A stretch of DNA of 64,000 bases from Auanema rhodensis (taxonomy: Eukaryota; Animalia; Nematoda): assembly GCA_964057225.1 (NCBI GenBank), contig OZ059898.1, positions 15,996,001-16,060,000 on the forward strand. Direction: 5' to 3'. The stretch's first letter is position 1. Each line of letters opens with the position of its first letter. The notes below the pieces were generated by a model, which saw only the letters and a list, made by a program, of their open reading frames with translations, was not told the origin of the DNA and did not search any database. Below are positions 47,401 through 61,211 of this stretch, piece by piece. The position numbers and the translations under genes are program-made.

Positions 47401-50400
47401 AAGTTGGAATAGAGTAAAATGAAGTTGCATCGACTTGTTTTTAAAAATTTTGACCACTGAGCGGATCGAACGCCCAACCTTTCGATCTGGAGTCGAACGC
47501 GCTACCATTGCGCCAAGCAGTCATATTAGGGTTGCTTCCAAAGTGTTTCATAACTGCAAATCTGAGATGCTTCATGAACATAAAAGTTGGAACAGAGTAA
47601 AAGTGTTTCATAACTGCAAATCTGAGATGCTTCATAAACATACAAGTTGGAACAGAGTGAAAGTGTTTCATAACTGCAAATCTGTGATACTCCATGAACA
47701 TAAAAGATAGAACAGAGTAAAATGAAGTTGCATCGACTTGTTTTTAAAAATTTTGACCACTGAGCGGATCGAACGCCCAACCTTTCGATCTGGAGTCGAA
47801 CGCGCTACCATTGCGCCAAGCAGTCATATTAGGGTCGCTTCCAAAGTGCTTCATAACTGCAAATCTGAGATGCTTCATAAACATACAAGTTGGAACAGAG
47901 TAAAAGTGTTTCATAACTGCAAATCTGAGATGCTTCATGAACATACAAGTTGGAACACAGTAAAAGTGTTTCATAACTCAAATCTGAGATGCTTCATGAA
48001 CATAAAATTTGGAACAGAGTAAAATGAAGTTGCATCGACTTGTTTTTAAAAATTTTGACCACTGAGCGGATCGAACGCCCAACCTTTCGATCTGGAGTCG
48101 AACGCGCTACCATTGCGCCAAGCAGTCATATTAGGGTCGATTCCAAAGTGTTTCATAACTGCAAATCTGAGATGCTTCATAAACATACAAGTTGGAACAG
48201 AGTAAAAGTGTTTCATAACTGCAAATCTGAGATGCTTCATGAACATAAAAGATAGAACAGAGTAAAATGAAGTTGCATCGACTTGTTTTTAAAAATTTTG
48301 ACCACTGAGCGGATCGAACGCCCAACCTTTCGATCTGGAGTCGAACGCGCTACCATTGCGCCAAGCAGTCATATTAGGGTCGCTTCCAAAGTGTTTCATA
48401 ACTGCAAATCTGAGATGCTTCATAAACATTCAAGTTGGAACAGAGTAAAAGTGTTTCATAACTGCAAATCTGAGATGCTTCATGAACATACAAGTTCGAA
48501 CACAGTAAAAGTGTTTCATAACTGCAAATCTGAGATGCTTCATGAACATACAAGTTGGAACACAGTAAAAGTGTTTCATAACTGCGAATCTGTGATGCTT
48601 CATGAACATAAAAGATAGAACAGAGTAAAATGAAGTTGCATCGACTTGTTTTTAAAAATTTTGACCACTGAGCGGATCGAACGCCCAACCTTTCGATCTG
48701 GAGTCGAACGCGCTACCATTGCGCCAAGCAGTGATATTAGGGTTGCTTCCAAAGTGTTTCATAGCTGCAAATCTGAGATGCTTCATGAACATAAAAGTTC
48801 GAACAGAGTGAAATGAAGTTGCATCGACTTGTTTTTAAAAATTTTGACCACTGAGCGGATCGAACGCCCAACCTTTCGATCTGGAGTCGAACGCGCTACC
48901 ATTGCGCCAAGCAGTCATATTAGGGTTGCTTCCAAAGTGTTTCATAACTGCAAATCTGAGATGCTTCATGAACATACAAGTTGGAACAGAGTAGAAGTGT
49001 TTCATAACTGCAAATCTGAGATGCTTCATAAACATACAAGTTGGAACAGAGTGAAAGTGTTTCATAACTGCAAATCTGTGATACTCCATGAACATAAAAG
49101 ATAGAACAGAGTAAAATGAAGTTGCATCGACTTGTTTTTAAAAATTTTGACCACTGAGCGGATCGAACGCCCAACCTTTCGATCTGGAGTCGAACGCGCT
49201 ACCATTGCGCCAAGCAGTCATATTAGGGTCGCTTCCAAAGTGTTTCATAACTGCAAATCTGAGATGCTTCATAAACATACAAGTTGGAACAGAGTAAAAG
49301 TGTTTCATAACTGCAAATCTGAGATGCTTCATGAACATACAAGTTGGAACACAGTAAAAGTGTTTCATAACTGCAAATCTGAGATGCTTCATGAACATAA
49401 AATTTGGAACAGAGTAAAATGAAGTTGCATCGACTTGTTTTTAAAAATTTTGACCACTGAGCGGATCGAACGCCCAACCTTTCGATCTGGAGTCGAACGC
49501 GCTACCATTGCGCCAAGCAGTCATATTAGGGTCGATTCCAAAGTGTTTCATAACTGCAAATCTGAGATGCTTCATAAACATACAAGTTGGAACAGAGTGA
49601 AAGTGTTTCATAACTGCAAATCTGAGATGCTTCGTGAACATAAAAGTTGGAACAGAGTAAAATGAAGTTGCATCGACTTGTTTTTAAAAATTTTGACCAC
49701 TGAGCGGATCGAACGCCCAACCTTTCGATCTGGAGTCGAACGCGCTACCATTGCGCCAAGCAGTCATATTAGGGTTGCTTCCAAAGTGTTTCATAACTGC
49801 AAATCTGAGATGCTTCATGAACATAAAAGTTCGAACAGAGTGAAATGAAGTTGCATCGACTTGTTTTTAAAAATTTTGACCACTGAGCGGATCGAACGCC
49901 CAACCTTTCGATCTGGAGTCGAACGCGCTACCATTGCGCCAAGCAGTCATATTAGGGTTGCTTCCAAAGTGTTTCATAACTGCAAATCTGAGATGCTTCA
50001 TGAACATAAAAGTTGGAACAGAGTAAAAGTGTTTCATAACTGCAAATCTGAGATGCTTCATAAACATACAAGTTGGAACAGAGTGAAAGTGTTTCATAAC
50101 TGCAAATCTGTGATACTCCATGAACATAAAAGATAGAACAGAGTAAAATGAAGTTGCATCGACTTGTTTTTAAAAATTTTGACCACTGAGCGGATCGAAC
50201 GCCCAACCTTTCGATCTGGAGTCGAACGCGCTACCATTGCGCCAAGCAGTCATATTAGGGTCGCTTCCAAAGTGCTTCATAACTGCAAATCTGAGATGCT
50301 TCATAAACATACAAGTTGGAACAGAGTAAAAGTGTTTCATAACTGCAAATCTGAGATGCTTCATGAACATACAAGTTGGAACACAGTAAAAGTGTTTCAT

Positions 50401-53400
50401 AACTCAAATCTGAGATGCTTCATGAACATAAAATTTGGAACAGAGTAAAATGAAGTTGCATCGACTTGTTTTTAAAAATTTTGACCACTGAGCGGATCGA
50501 ACGCCCAACCTTTCGATCTGGAGTCGAACGCGCTACCATTGCGCCAAGCAGTCATATTAGGGTCGATTCCAAAGTGTTTCATAACTGCAAATCTGAGATG
50601 CTTCATAAACATACAAGTTGGAACAGAGTAAAAGTGTTTCATAACTGCAAATCTGAGATGCTTCATGAACATAAAAGATAGAACAGAGTAAAATGAAGTT
50701 GCATCGACTTGTTTTTAAAAATTTTGACCACTGAGCGGATCGAACGCCCAACCTTTCGATCTGGAGTCGAACGCGCTACCATTGCGCCAAGCAGTCATAT
50801 TAGGGTCGCTTCCAAAGTGTTTCATAACTGCAAATCTGAGATGCTTCATAAACATTCAAGTTGGAACAGAGTAAAAGTGTTTCATAACTGCAAATCTGAG
50901 ATGCTTCATGAACATACAAGTTCGAACACAGTAAAAGTGTTTCATAACTGCAAATCTGAGATGCTTCATGAACATACAAGTTGGAACACAGTAAAAGTGT
51001 TTCATAACTGCGAATCTGTGATGCTTCATGAACATAAAAGATAGAACAGAGTAAAATGAAGTTGCATCGACTTGTTTTTAAAAATTTTGACCACTGAGCG
51101 GATCGAACGCCCAACCTTTCGATCTGGAGTCGAACGCGCTACCATTGCGCCAAGCAGTCATATTAGGGTTGCTTCCAAAGTGTTTCATAGCTGCAAATCT
51201 GAGATGCTTCATGAACATAAAAGTTCGAACAGAGTGAAATGAAGTTGCATCGACTTGTTTTTAAAAATTTTGACCACTGAGCGGATCGAACGCCCAACCT
51301 TTCGATCTGGAGTCGAACGCGCTACCATTGCGCCAAGCAGTCATATTAGGGTTGCTTCCAAAGTGTTTCATAACTGCAAATCTGAGATGCTTCATGAACA
51401 TACAAGTTGGAACAGAGTAGAAGTGTTTCATAACTGCAAATCTGAGATGCTTCATAAACATACAAGTTGGAACAGAGTGAAAGTGTTTCATAACTGCAAA
51501 TCTGTGATACTCCATGAACATAAAAGATAGAACAGAGTAAAATGAAGTTGCATCGACTTGTTTTTAAAAATTTTGACCACTGAGCGGATCGAACGCCCAA
51601 CCTTTCGATCTGGAGTCGAACGCGCTACCATTGCGCCAAGCAGTCATATTAGGGTCGCTTCCAAAGTGTTTCATAACTGCAAATCTGAGATGCTTCATAA
51701 ACATACAAGTTGGAACAGAGTAAAAGTGTTTCATAACTGCAAATCTGAGATGCTTCATGAACATACAAGTTGGAACACAGTAAAAGTGTTTCATAACTGC
51801 AAATCTGAGATGCTTCATGAACATAAAATTTGGAACAGAGTAAAATGAAGTTGCATCGACTTGTTTTTAAAAATTTTGACCACTGAGCGGATCGAACGCC
51901 CAACGTTTCGATCTGGAGTCGAACGCGCTACCATTGCGCCAAGCAGTCATATTAGGGTCGATTCCAAAGTGTTTCATAACTGCAAATCTGAGATGCTTCA
52001 TAAACATACAAGTTGGAACAGAGTGAAAGTGTTTCATAACTGCAAATCTGTGATGCTTCATGAACATAAAAGATAGAACAGAGTAAAATGAAGTTGCATC
52101 GACTTGTTTTTAAAAATTTTGACCACTGAGCGGATCGAACGCCCAACCTTTCGATCTGGAGTCGAACGCGCTACCATTGCGCCAAGCAGTCATATTAGGG
52201 TCGCTTCCAAAGTGTTTCATAACTGCAAATCTGAGATGCTTCATAAAGATTCAAGTTGGAACAGAGTAAAAGTGTTTCATAACTGCAAATCTGAGATGCT
52301 TCATGGACAAAAGTTGGAATAGAGTAAAATGAAGTTGCATCGACTTGTTTTTAAAAATTTTGACCACTGAGCGGATCGTACGCCCAACCTTTCGATCTGG
52401 AGTCGAACGCGCTACCATTGCGCCAAGCAGTCACATTGGAGTTGTTTCCAAAGTGTGTCATAACTGCAAATCTGAGATGCATCATGAACATGAAAGATGG
52501 ATCAGAGTAAAAGTGTTTCATAACTGCAAATCTGTGATGCTTCATAAACAAACGTTGGAATAGAGTAAAATGAAGTTGCATCGACTTGTTTTTAAAAATT
52601 TTGACCACTAAGCGGATCGAACGCCCAATCTTTCGATCTGGAGTCGAACGCGCTACCATTGCGCCAAGCAGTCATATTAGGGTCGCTTCCAAAGTGTTTC
52701 ATAACTGCAAATCTGAGATGCTTCATAAACATACAAGTTGGAACAGAGTAAAAGTGTTTCATAACTGCAAATCTGAGATGCTTCATAAACATACAAGTTG
52801 GAACAGAGTGAAAGTGTTTCATAACTGCAAATCTGTGATACTCCATGAACATAAAAGATAGAACTGAGTAAAATGAAGTTGCATCGACTTGTTTTTAAAA
52901 ATTTTGACCACTGAGCGGATCGAACGCCCAACCTTTCGATCTGGAGTCGAACGCGCTACCATTGCGCCAAGCAGTCATGCTAGGGTTGCTTCCAAAGTGT
53001 TTCATAACTGCAAATCTGAGATGCTTCATGAACATACAAGTTGGAACAGAGTAGAAGTGTTTCATAACTGCAAATCTGAGATGCTTCATGAACATAAAAG
53101 ATAGAACAGAGTAAAATGAAGTTGCATCGACTTGTTTTTAAAAATTTTGACCACTGAGCGGATCGAACGCCCAACCTTTCGATCTGGAGTCGAACGCGCT
53201 ACCATTGCGCCAAGCAGTCACATTGGAGTTGTTTCCAAAGTGTGTCATAACTGCAAATCTGAGATGCATCATGAACATGAAAGATGGATCAGAGTAAAAG
53301 TGTTTCATAACTGCAAATCTGTGATGCTTCATAGACATACAAGTTGGAACAGAGTAAAAGTGTTTCATAGCTGCAAATCTGAGATGCTTCATGAACATAA

Positions 53401-54901
53401 AAGTTGGAATAGAGTAAAATGAAGTTGCATCGACTTGTTTTTAAAAATTTTGACCACTGAGCGGATCGAACGCCCAACCTTTCGATCTGGAGTCGAACGC
53501 GCTACCATTGCGCCAAGCAGTCACATTGGAGTTGTTTCCAAAGTGTGTCATAACTGCAAATCTGAGATGCATCATGAACATGAAAGATGGATCAGAGTAA
53601 AAGTGTTTCATAACTGCAAATCTGTGATGCTTCATAAACAAACGTTGGAATAGAGTAAAATGAATTTGCATCGACTTGTTTTTAAACATTTTGACCACTA
53701 AGCGGATCGAACGCCCAATCTTTCGATCTGGAGTCGAACGCGCTACCATTGCGCCAAGCAGTCATATTAGGGTCGCTTCCAAAGTGTTTCATAACTGCAA
53801 ATCTGAGATGCTTCATAAACATACAAGTTGGAACAGAGTAAAAGTGTTTCATAACTGCAAATCTGAGATGCTTCATGAACATGAAAGATGGAACAGAGTA
53901 AAATGAAGTTTCGTCGATTTGTTTTTAAAAATTTTGACCACTAAGCGGATCGAACGCCCAACCTTTCGATCTGGAGTCGAACACGCTACCATCGCGCCAA
54001 GCAGTCATATTAGGGTCGCTTCCAAAGTGTTTCATAACTGCAAATCTGAGATGCTTCATAAACATACAAGTTGGAACAGAGTAAAAGTGTTTCATAACTG
54101 CAAATCTGAGATGCTTCATGAACATAAAAGGTAGAACAGAGTAAAATGAAGTTGCATCGACTTGTTTTTAAAAATTTTGACCACTGAGCGGATCGAACGC
54201 CCAACCTTTCGATCTGGAGTCGAACGCGCTACCATTGCGCCAAGCAGTCATATTAGGGTTGCTTCCAAAGTGTTTCATAACTGCAAATCTGAGATGCTTC
54301 ATAAACATACAAGTTGGAACAGAGTAAAAGTGTTTCATAACTGCAAATCTGAGATGCTTCATAGACATACAAGTTGGAACAGAGTAAAAGTGTTTCATAG
54401 CTGCAAATCTGAGATGCTTCATGAACATAAAAGTTGGAACAGAGTAAAAGTGTTTCATAACTGCAAATCTGAGATGCTTCATGAACATAATAGATAGAAG
54501 AGAGTAAAATGAAGTTGCATCGACTTGTTTTTAAAAATTTTGAACACTGAGCGGATCGAACGCCCAACCTTTCGATCTGGAGTCGAACGCGCTACCATTG
54601 CGCCAAACAGTAATTTTAGGGTTGCTTCGAAAGTGTTTCATAACTGCAAATCTGAGATGCATCATGAACATGAAAGATGGAACAGAGTAAAAGTGTTTCA
54701 TAACTGCAAATCTGTGATGCTTCATAGACATACAAGTTGGAACAGAGTAAAAGTGTTTCATAGCTGCAAATCTGAGATGCTTCATGAACATAAAAGTTGG
54801 AACAGAGTAAAAGTGTTTCATAACTGCAAATCTGTGATGCTTCATGAACAAAAGTTGGAATATAGTAAAATGAAGTTGCATCGACTTGTTTTTAAAAATT
54901 T

Positions 54902-54974
54902 TGACCACTGAGCGGATCGAACGCCCAACCTTTCGATCTGAAGTCGAACGCGCTACCATTGCCCCTAAGCAGTC
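54902..54974 (-). pseudogene. tRNA-Trp-derived copy with UCA anticodon and damaged A box/D stem
   Basis: atctgaagtc anticodon change plus gcgccaagc to gcccctaagc (substitution and 1-nt insertion). Confidence 0.8.
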
Positions 54975-57076
54975 ATATTAGGGTTGCTTCGAAAGTGTTT
55001 CATAGCTGCAAATCTGAGATGCATCATGAACATGAAAGATGGAACAGAGTAAAAGTGTTTCATAACTGCAAATCTGTGATGCTTCATGAACAAAAGTTGG
55101 AATATAGTAAAATGAAGTTGCATCGACTTGTTTTTAAAAATTTTGAACACTGAGCGGATCGAACGCCCAACCTTTCGATCTGGAGTCGAACGCGCTACCA
55201 TTGCGCCAAACAGTAATTTTAGGGTTGCTTCGAAAGTGTTTCATAGCTGCAAATCTGAGATGCTTCATGAACATAAAAGTTGGAACAGAGTAAAAGTGTT
55301 TCATAACTGCAAATCTGAGATGCTTCATGAACATAAAAGTTGGAACAGAGTAAAAGTGTTTCATAACTGCAAATCTGAGATGCTTCATGAACATAAAAGT
55401 TGGAACAGAGTAAAAGTGTTTCATAACTGCAAATCTGAGATGCTTCATGAACATAAAAGTTGGAACAGAGTAAAAGTGTTTCATAACTGCAAATCTGAGA
55501 TGCTTCATGAACATAAAAGTTGGAACAGAGTAAAAGTGTTTCATAACTGCAAATCTGTGATGCTTCATGAACATAAAAGTTGGAACAGAGTAAAAGTGTT
55601 TCATAACTGCAAATCTGTGATGCTTCATGAACATAAAAGTTGGAACAGAGTAAAAGTGTTTCATAACTGCAAATCTGTGATGCTTCATGAACATAAAAGT
55701 TGAAACAGAGTAAAAGTTTTTCATTACTGCAAATCTGAGATGCTTCATGAAAATAAAAGTTGGAACAGAGTAAAAGTGTTTCATAACTGCAAATCTGAGA
55801 TGCTTGATGAACATAAAAATTGGAGCAGAGTAATATGAAGTTGCATCGACTTGTTTTTAAAAATTTTGACCACTGAGCGGATCGAACGCCCAACCTTTCG
55901 ATCTGGAGTCGAACGCGCTACCATTGCGCCAAGCAGTCATATTAGGGTTGCTTCCAAAGTGTTTCATAACTGCAAATCTGAGATGCTTCATAAACATAAA
56001 AGTTGGAACAGAGTAAAATGAAGTTGCATCGACTTGTTTTCAAAAATTTTGACCACTGAGCGGATCGAACGCCCAACCTTTCGATCTGGAGTCGAACGCG
56101 CTACCATTGCGCCAAGCAGTCATATTAGGGTTGCTTCCAAAGTGTTTCATAACTGCAAATCTGAGATGCTTCATGAACATAAAAGTGGGAACAGAGTAAA
56201 AGTGTTTCATAACTGCAAATCTGAGATGCTTGATGAACATAAAAGTTAGAACAGAGTAAAAGTGTTTCATAACTGCAAATCTGAGATGCTTGATGAACAT
56301 AAAAGTTAGAACAGAGTAAAATGAAGTTGCATCGACTTGTTTTTAAAAATTTTGACCACTGAGCGGATCGAACGCCCAACCTTTCGATCTGGAGTCGAAC
56401 GCGCTACCATTGCGCCAAGCAGTCATATTAGGGTTGCTTCCAAAGTGTTTCATAACTGCAAATCTGAGATGCTTCATAAACATACAAGTTGGAACAGAGT
56501 AAAAGTGTTTCATAACTGCAAATCTGAGATGCTTCATAGACATACAAGTTGGAACAGAGTAAAAGTGTTTCATAGCTGCAAATCTGAGATGCTTCATGAA
56601 CATAAAAGTTGGAACAGAGTAAAAGTGTTTCATAACTGCATATCTGAGATGCTTCATGAACATAATAGATAGAAGAGAGTAAAATGAAGTTGCATCGACT
56701 TGTTTTTAAAAATTTTGAACACTGAGCGGATCGAACGCCCAACCTTTCGATCTGGAGTCGAACGCGCTACCATTGCGCCAAACAGTAATTTTAGGGTTGC
56801 TTCGAAAGTGTTTCATAACTGCAAATCTGAGATGCATCATGAACATGAAAGATGGAACAGAGTAAAAGTGTTTCATAACTGCAAATCTGTGATGCTTCAT
56901 AGACATACAAGTTGGAACAGAGTAAAAGTGTTTCATAGCTGCAAATCTGAGATGCTTCATGAACATAAAAGTTGGAACAGAGTAAAAGTGTTTCATAACT
57001 GCAAATCTGTGATGCTTCATGAACAAAAGTTGGAATATAGTAAAATGAAGTTGCATCGACTTGTTTTTAAAAATTT

Positions 57077-57149
57077 TGACCACTGAGCGGATCGAACGCC
57101 CAACCTTTCGATCTGAAGTCGAACGCGCTACCATTGCCCCTAAGCAGTC
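57077..57149 (-). pseudogene. tRNA-Trp-derived copy with UCA anticodon and damaged A box/D stem (second 2175-bp repeat)
   Basis: Same two lesions as 54902-54974. Confidence 0.8.
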
Positions 57150-59251
57150 ATATTAGGGTTGCTTCGAAAGTGTTTCATAGCTGCAAATCTGAGATGCATC
57201 ATGAACATGAAAGATGGAACAGAGTAAAAGTGTTTCATAACTGCAAATCTGTGATGCTTCATGAACAAAAGTTGGAATATAGTAAAATGAAGTTGCATCG
57301 ACTTGTTTTTAAAAATTTTGAACACTGAGCGGATCGAACGCCCAACCTTTCGATCTGGAGTCGAACGCGCTACCATTGCGCCAAACAGTAATTTTAGGGT
57401 TGCTTCGAAAGTGTTTCATAGCTGCAAATCTGAGATGCTTCATGAACATAAAAGTTGGAACAGAGTAAAAGTGTTTCATAACTGCAAATCTGAGATGCTT
57501 CATGAACATAAAAGTTGGAACAGAGTAAAAGTGTTTCATAACTGCAAATCTGAGATGCTTCATGAACATAAAAGTTGGAACAGAGTAAAAGTGTTTCATA
57601 ACTGCAAATCTGAGATGCTTCATGAACATAAAAGTTGGAACAGAGTAAAAGTGTTTCATAACTGCAAATCTGAGATGCTTCATGAACATAAAAGTTGGAA
57701 CAGAGTAAAAGTGTTTCATAACTGCAAATCTGTGATGCTTCATGAACATAAAAGTTGGAACAGAGTAAAAGTGTTTCATAACTGCAAATCTGTGATGCTT
57801 CATGAACATAAAAGTTGGAACAGAGTAAAAGTGTTTCATAACTGCAAATCTGTGATGCTTCATGAACATAAAAGTTGAAACAGAGTAAAAGTTTTTCATT
57901 ACTGCAAATCTGAGATGCTTCATGAAAATAAAAGTTGGAACAGAGTAAAAGTGTTTCATAACTGCAAATCTGAGATGCTTGATGAACATAAAAATTGGAG
58001 CAGAGTAATATGAAGTTGCATCGACTTGTTTTTAAAAATTTTGACCACTGAGCGGATCGAACGCCCAACCTTTCGATCTGGAGTCGAACGCGCTACCATT
58101 GCGCCAAGCAGTCATATTAGGGTTGCTTCCAAAGTGTTTCATAACTGCAAATCTGAGATGCTTCATAAACATAAAAGTTGGAACAGAGTAAAATGAAGTT
58201 GCATCGACTTGTTTTCAAAAATTTTGACCACTGAGCGGATCGAACGCCCAACCTTTCGATCTGGAGTCGAACGCGCTACCATTGCGCCAAGCAGTCATAT
58301 TAGGGTTGCTTCCAAAGTGTTTCATAACTGCAAATCTGAGATGCTTCATGAACATAAAAGTGGGAACAGAGTAAAAGTGTTTCATAACTGCAAATCTGAG
58401 ATGCTTGATGAACATAAAAGTTAGAACAGAGTAAAAGTGTTTCATAACTGCAAATCTGAGATGCTTGATGAACATAAAAGTTAGAACAGAGTAAAATGAA
58501 GTTGCATCGACTTGTTTTTAAAAATTTTGACCACTGAGCGGATCGAACGCCCAACCTTTCGATCTGGAGTCGAACGCGCTACCATTGCGCCAAGCAGTCA
58601 TATTAGGGTTGCTTCCAAAGTGTTTCATAACTGCAAATCTGAGATGCTTCATAAACATACAAGTTGGAACAGAGTAAAAGTGTTTCATAACTGCAAATCT
58701 GAGATGCTTCATAGACATACAAGTTGGAACAGAGTAAAAGTGTTTCATAGCTGCAAATCTGAGATGCTTCATGAACATAAAAGTTGGAACAGAGTAAAAG
58801 TGTTTCATAACTGCATATCTGAGATGCTTCATGAACATAATAGATAGAAGAGAGTAAAATGAAGTTGCATCGACTTGTTTTTAAAAATTTTGAACACTGA
58901 GCGGATCGAACGCCCAACCTTTCGATCTGGAGTCGAACGCGCTACCATTGCGCCAAACAGTAATTTTAGGGTTGCTTCGAAAGTGTTTCATAACTGCAAA
59001 TCTGAGATGCATCATGAACATGAAAGATGGAACAGAGTAAAAGTGTTTCATAACTGCAAATCTGTGATGCTTCATAGACATACAAGTTGGAACAGAGTAA
59101 AAGTGTTTCATAGCTGCAAATCTGAGATGCTTCATGAACATAAAAGTTGGAACAGAGTAAAAGTGTTTCATAACTGCAAATCTGTGATGCTTCATGAACA
59201 AAAGTTGGAATATAGTAAAATGAAGTTGCATCGACTTGTTTTTAAAAATTT

Positions 59252-59324
59252 TGACCACTGAGCGGATCGAACGCCCAACCTTTCGATCTGAAGTCGAACG
59301 CGCTACCATTGCCCCTAAGCAGTC
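59252..59324 (-). pseudogene. tRNA-Trp-derived copy with UCA anticodon and damaged A box/D stem (third 2175-bp repeat)
   Basis: Same two lesions as 54902-54974. Confidence 0.8.
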
Positions 59325-60762
59325 ATATTAGGGTTGCTTCGAAAGTGTTTCATAGCTGCAAATCTGAGATGCATCATGAACATGAAAGATGGAACAGAGT
59401 AAAAGTGTTTCATAACTGCAAATCTGTGATGCTTCATGAACAAAAGTTGGAATATAGTAAAATGAAGTTGCATCGACTTGTTTTTAAAAATTTTGAACAC
59501 TGAGCGGATCGAACGCCCAACCTTTCGATCTGGAGTCGAACGCGCTACCATTGCGCCAAACAGTAATTTTAGGGTTGCTTCGAAAGTGTTTCATAGCTGC
59601 AAATCTGAGATGCTTCATGAACATAAAAGTTGGAACAGAGTAAAAGTGTTTCATAACTGCAAATCTGAGATGCTTCATGAACATAAAAGTTGGAACAGAG
59701 TAAAAGTGTTTCATAACTGCAAATCTGAGATGCTTCATGAACATAAAAGTTGGAACAGAGTAAAAGTGTTTCATAACTGCAAATCTGAGATGCTTCATGA
59801 ACATAAAAGTTGGAACAGAGTAAAAGTGTTTCATAACTGCAAATCTGAGATGCTTCATGAACATAAAAGTTGGAACAGAGTAAAAGTGTTTCATAACTGC
59901 AAATCTGTGATGCTTCATGAACATAAAAGTTGGAACAGAGTAAAAGTGTTTCATAACTGCAAATCTGTGATGCTTCATGAACATAAAAGTTGGAACAGAG
60001 TAAAAGTGTTTCATAACTGCAAATCTGTGATGCTTCATGAACATAAAAGTTGAAACAGAGTAAAAGTTTTTCATTACTGCAAATCTGAGATGCTTCATGA
60101 AAATAAAAGTTGGAACAGAGTAAAAGTGTTTCATAACTGCAAATCTGAGATGCTTGATGAACATAAAAATTGGAGCAGAGTAATATGAAGTTGCATCGAC
60201 TTGTTTTTAAAAATTTTGACCACTGAGCGGATCGAACGCCCAACCTTTCGATCTGGAGTCGAACGCGCTACCATTGCGCCAAGCAGTCATATTAGGGTTG
60301 CTTCCAAAGTGTTTCATAACTGCAAATCTGAGATGCTTCATAAACATAAAAGTTGGAACAGAGTAAAATGAAGTTGCATCGACTTGTTTTCAAAAATTTT
60401 GACCACTGAGCGGATCGAACGCCCAACCTTTCGATCTGGAGTCGAACGCGCTACCATTGCGCCAAGCAGTCATATTAGGGTTGCTTCCAAAGTGTTTCAT
60501 AACTGCAAATCTGAGATGCTTCATGAACATAAAAGTGGGAACAGAGTAAAAGTGTTTCATAACTGCAAATCTGAGATGCTTGATGAACATAAAAGTTAGA
60601 ACAGAGTAAAAGTGTTTCATAACTGCAAATCTGAGATGCTTGATGAACATAAAAGTTAGAACAGAGTAAAAGTGTTTCATAACTGCAAATCTGAGATGCT
60701 TGATGAACATAAAAGTTAGAACAGAGTAAAATGAAGTTGCATCGACTTGTTTTTAAAAATTT

Positions 60763-60834
60763 TGACCACTGAGCGGATCGAACGCCCAACCTTTCGATCT
60801 GGAGTCGAACGCGCTACCATTGCGCCAAGCAGTC
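60763..60834 (-). tRNA. Terminal tRNA-Trp(CCA) of the array
   Basis: Consensus cloverleaf; its 5' flank is a strongly diverged version of the spacer. Confidence 0.93.
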
Positions 60835-61211
60835 TTTAGGAATATTTCCAAAGTGTTTGATAACAGCAAAAATCAGATGGTTTATCAACAACACAAAAAA
60901 TGAAGTTAAATAAAATGAAGTTGTATCGATTTATTCTTCAAAATTCTGAGCTTATATTTTTTTGTAAATAATTTTGATGTTTGTTTCTTTCCTTCATTTT
61001 TTTTACTTTTCTTGCTTACTTGATGTCTTATCAAAGGTTGATATCTAACTGGCACTATAATCTATTCGAGAGTCTTATTTAAATACGGATCATCGTTGAG
61101 CAGACATTATTAATTGTTTCTTCTTTGTCAACGCTTTAATTTTTTTAATTTTCTGTACACAGGATTTACAGGAGTTTTACATAATATTATCATTATTCAC
61201 TCAGGTTTCAA

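Larger units (their letters stand above)
41452..60950 (-). repeat. tRNA-Trp tandem array, segment D (about 69 tRNA copies), ending in a degenerate edge unit
   Basis: First tRNA 41625-41696, last 60763-60834; higher-order repeats of 1942, 2426 and 2175 bp; divergence rises after about 52 kb. Confidence 0.97.

Noticed and set aside
81-60789. Hundreds of 60-226 aa ORFs (MFLKILTT..., MFMKHLRF..., MGVRSAQW...)
   Set aside because: They are translations of the tRNA and the 60-bp repeat (a multiple of 3), open on both strands, many with non-ATG starts, and interrupted at random by stops and frameshifts.
1-60950. CRISPR-like repeat/spacer appearance
   Set aside because: Spacers are not unique, the constant part is a tRNA, there are no cas genes and the context is eukaryotic.
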